This document shows positions 15,950 to 18,136 of a stretch of 18,136 nt of DNA, piece after piece (position 1 is the first letter of the stretch; every line of letters begins with the position of its first letter). Position numbers and translations under genes: made by a program. This DNA comes from an uncultured archaeon (GTDB lineage: Archaea; Asgardarchaeota; Heimdallarchaeia; Heimdallarchaeales; Heimdallarchaeaceae): the NCBI GenBank assembly GCA_964549075.1, contig CAZJUB010000054.1, positions 1 through 18,136 of the forward strand. Direction: 5' to 3'. The notes under the pieces were generated by a model. The model made no database searches, was not told the DNA's origin, and was given only the letters and a program-made list of their open reading frames with translations.

Positions 15950-16678
15950 TTAATTTTTTACAGTTGTTTTAAATTTTTCAGGATACTTAGTGAGTAAAAG
16001 AATCATTCTTATCCCCACATATGTGAAGAGTATCACAAAAATATAAGCTAGTGATTTCTGATAAAAAGCAAGTGATTCTATACCGCCAACATAGTAGATA
16101 AGGTCGAAAAGTCCAGTATTTACAATTCCTACAAAAATACCCAATAAACAGATGATTGGGTCAACTATCCATAATAAAGATTTTTTGTAAATAGATTCTT
16201 TTTCAAGAGTAACGACGACTAATCCCCATAAAAGAAAGATTAACGTTATAGAAAAGTAAGCCCCAAGAGCTACTGTTACATGTTGTTTCAAGAACAATCC
16301 AGCATCAAAAACACCTACTAACGATAAAAAGACACCACAAACTATACCTCCTATTGCCATCAAAATAACCAATATTTTTCTCCAAAGTTCTTGAGGATTG
16401 AAGAAGAAATAAAGTGAAGGGAATAAAGGTAAAAAAGCTATTCCTGTCAAAATAAGTGTTATATTCAGGGCTTCAGGATAAAGAGCCTTATAGAGCCATT
16501 CACCTTGTACTAAAACATCTTGTCGTACACCTAACTCCGAAATAAATTGAGTAAAGAAAGAGTAATCAGGATATAGTAACATCGCCACAGTAGTCCCTAC
16601 AAGAAAGAAAAACGCTGCAGAGAAACCTGATATTAAACCTAATTTTATCCAGAAGATTCTAGTCTTGATTCTTGACAC
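15950..16678 (-). CDS. DUF998-like multi-pass membrane protein (paralog 1)
   Basis: About 6 TMs; YSFFTQFISELG, NITLILTG and LVGVFD...H motifs; GTG start. Confidence 0.72.
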   Translation of the reverse strand: MSRIKTRIFWIKLGLISGFSAAFFFLVGTTVAMLLYPDYSFFTQFISELGVRQDVLVQGEWLYKALYPEALNITLILTGIAFLPLFPSLYFFFNPQELWRKILVILMAIGGIVCGVFLSLVGVFDAGLFLKQHVTVALGAYFSITLIFLLWGLVVVTLEKESIYKKSLLWIVDPIICLLGIFVGIVNTGLFDLIYYVGGIESLAFYQKSLAYIFVILFTYVGIRMILLLTKYPEKFKTTVKN

Positions 16679-16732
16679 AATTTCTTCATTGTACCATTGT
16701 TTTTAAGATTTTAGTAGAATCTTCAGATTTAT

Positions 16733-17464
16733 CTAATTCACAGATGTTTTTAACAATCTAGCTTTTTTCTCCTTCTTTAACAATAAAAAGAAACGGATGA
16801 TTATCACACTCATTAATACAAAGATCACGTAGACATATATTTTCTGATAAAGAGGCATTGAGATAAAACCAAAAATCTCTGGAAAGGCTTGTCCCAATGT
16901 GCTATTAATTAGACCCACAAATAAAATGAAAACGGACATTATAGGATCAATTATCCAAATTTTTGATTGTTTGTATGGAGAGTTTTTATCCAACAACAAA
17001 ACACCAATTCCCCAAGATAAAGCAGTAATCATGGCTCCTACATAAAACAATCCTGCAACTAGCATATGGGCATAATAAAAATATCCTAAATCAAAAACGC
17101 CAACAAGAGCTAGAGAAATACCAGAGAATACGCCCATTATAGATGTTCCAATGAAGAAGAATTTTTGATATTTCTTCTCAGGTTTTAAGGTCTTATACAC
17201 TCCAAAGAAAAATGGAGAGATGAGTAAACCAGTAACTATCAATGTAATGTTAAAGACTTCTGGAAAATGAGCACTTGCTAATTTTGCTCCAGCTCCAACT
17301 GTAGTATACCTTATACCTAAGTCTGATAGAAATTGCTTATCAAATTTATATTTTCTTTCCATTATCATCGCAGTTGTACTACCTACTACAAAAACAGATA
17401 TAGCAACCGCTGCAATGGACATTATAGCTTGTGTGAATCTGTAAGAATCTCTATTAAAGCACAC
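16733..17464 (-). CDS. DUF998-like multi-pass membrane protein (paralog 2)
   Basis: YKFDKQFLSDLG, FNITLIVTG, LVGVFD...H, YKQSKIWIIDPI and YQK, all collinear with paralog 1; nearly the same length (243 vs 242 aa). Confidence 0.72.
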   Translation of the reverse strand: MCFNRDSYRFTQAIMSIAAVAISVFVVGSTTAMIMERKYKFDKQFLSDLGIRYTTVGAGAKLASAHFPEVFNITLIVTGLLISPFFFGVYKTLKPEKKYQKFFFIGTSIMGVFSGISLALVGVFDLGYFYYAHMLVAGLFYVGAMITALSWGIGVLLLDKNSPYKQSKIWIIDPIMSVFILFVGLINSTLGQAFPEIFGFISMPLYQKIYVYVIFVLMSVIIIRFFLLLKKEKKARLLKTSVN

Positions 17465-17535
17465 GGTTTTATCGTAGCTACAAACACTTTTAAAGATTTT
17501 AGTTTAGCATTTTTTAGTTCCTAAGGTAGTAAAAA

Positions 17536-18136
17536 ATGAACTCTGTAATTTCTTCAAAAAAAATCTCTCAATTCCAGAAAAAAATCTTTAATTGGTGGGA
17601 TAAAAACAAAAGAGATTTTCCTTGGAGAAAAACTGAAGATCCGTACAAAATCATGGTTTCAGAAGTAATGTTACAACAGACGCAAGCCTCTAGAGTGAGT
17701 GAAAAATACACTGAGTTCATTAAGAAATATCCTACAGATAAATCTTTAACTAAAGCACCTAAAGCAGAACTACTCACTATTTGGTCGGGATTAGGTTATA
17801 ACAGAAGAGCTTTATGGTTACAAGAGGCAGCTCAAACTCTTACAGAATTGGATGAATTCCCAAGAAATCCAACAGATCTTCAAAAATTGAAATGAATTGG
17901 GAAATAATCAGCAAATTCAAACCAGATTTTTTCATTTAAATTAAATCTAGCAACAGTAGATACCAATATAAGAAGAATTCTGATTGCAGAAGGTTTTGCA
18001 GGTGAAAATACAACTGAGAAAGAACTCTTTCAGATTGCGGAAATGGATTTGCCGAGAGGGAGGTCAAGAGATTGGCATAACGCATTGATGGATTATGGAG
18101 CAACTCATCTTACAGTTTCTGCTACAGGAATCAGAC
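17536..18136 (+). pseudogene. mutY: A/G-specific adenine glycosylase (MutY-like HhH-GPD), interrupted by two in-frame stops and truncated by the window end
   Basis: RDFPWR..DPYKIMVSEVMLQQTQ and WSGLGYNRRA. The same frame continues LK*IGK*SA (HhH; TGA 17893-17895, TAA 17905-17907), then VDTNIRR and DWHNALMDYGA. The stops may be sequencing errors. Confidence 0.8.

Noticed and set aside
17333-17777. ORFs 17333-17524 (+) and 17568-17777 (-)
   Set aside because: They overlap the DUF998 paralog and mutY in antisense and show no motifs.
71-17907. Stop-codon reassignment or readthrough (Sec/Pyl or alternative code) to explain in-frame TAA/TGA at 71, 17893 and 17905
   Set aside because: TAA, TGA and TAG all end intact genes normally in this window. 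The expected residues differ (Leu, Gly, Tyr), and the stops occur only near the window ends.

Overview
AT-rich (roughly 30-35% GC by eye), gene-dense chromosomal window that looks archaeal. Evidence: GGTGA/GGTGG Shine-Dalgarno motifs, TATA-like boxes about 25 nt upstream of apparently leaderless starts, and T-tract terminators. The gene mix is compatible with an Asgard/Heimdallarchaeia-like genome, but that is inference only. The core is a complete minus-strand 2-oxoacid dehydrogenase operon (E1alpha-E1beta-E2-E3) followed by an N-terminal-domain-only lipoate ligase. Upstream on the same strand are two tandem DUF998-like membrane paralogs, an alpha/beta esterase, a membrane-anchored DUF3160 protein, a PtpB-like Cys phosphatase and an MFS transporter. 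The left side has an acidic surface protein, a degenerate SAM-methyltransferase-like protein, a histidine phosphatase, a C_GCAxxG_C_C protein and a zinc-ribbon/beta-solenoid membrane protein. The right end has a MutY-like glycosylase with two in-frame stops and no visible Fe-S motif. Both window ends carry nonsense changes that look like contig-end base errors. Notable non-coding signals: a structured candidate leader before E1alpha, perfect hairpins at both convergent gene junctions, and a repeat-rich region upstream of DUF3160. No rRNA, tRNA, CRISPR array or mobile element was recognised.
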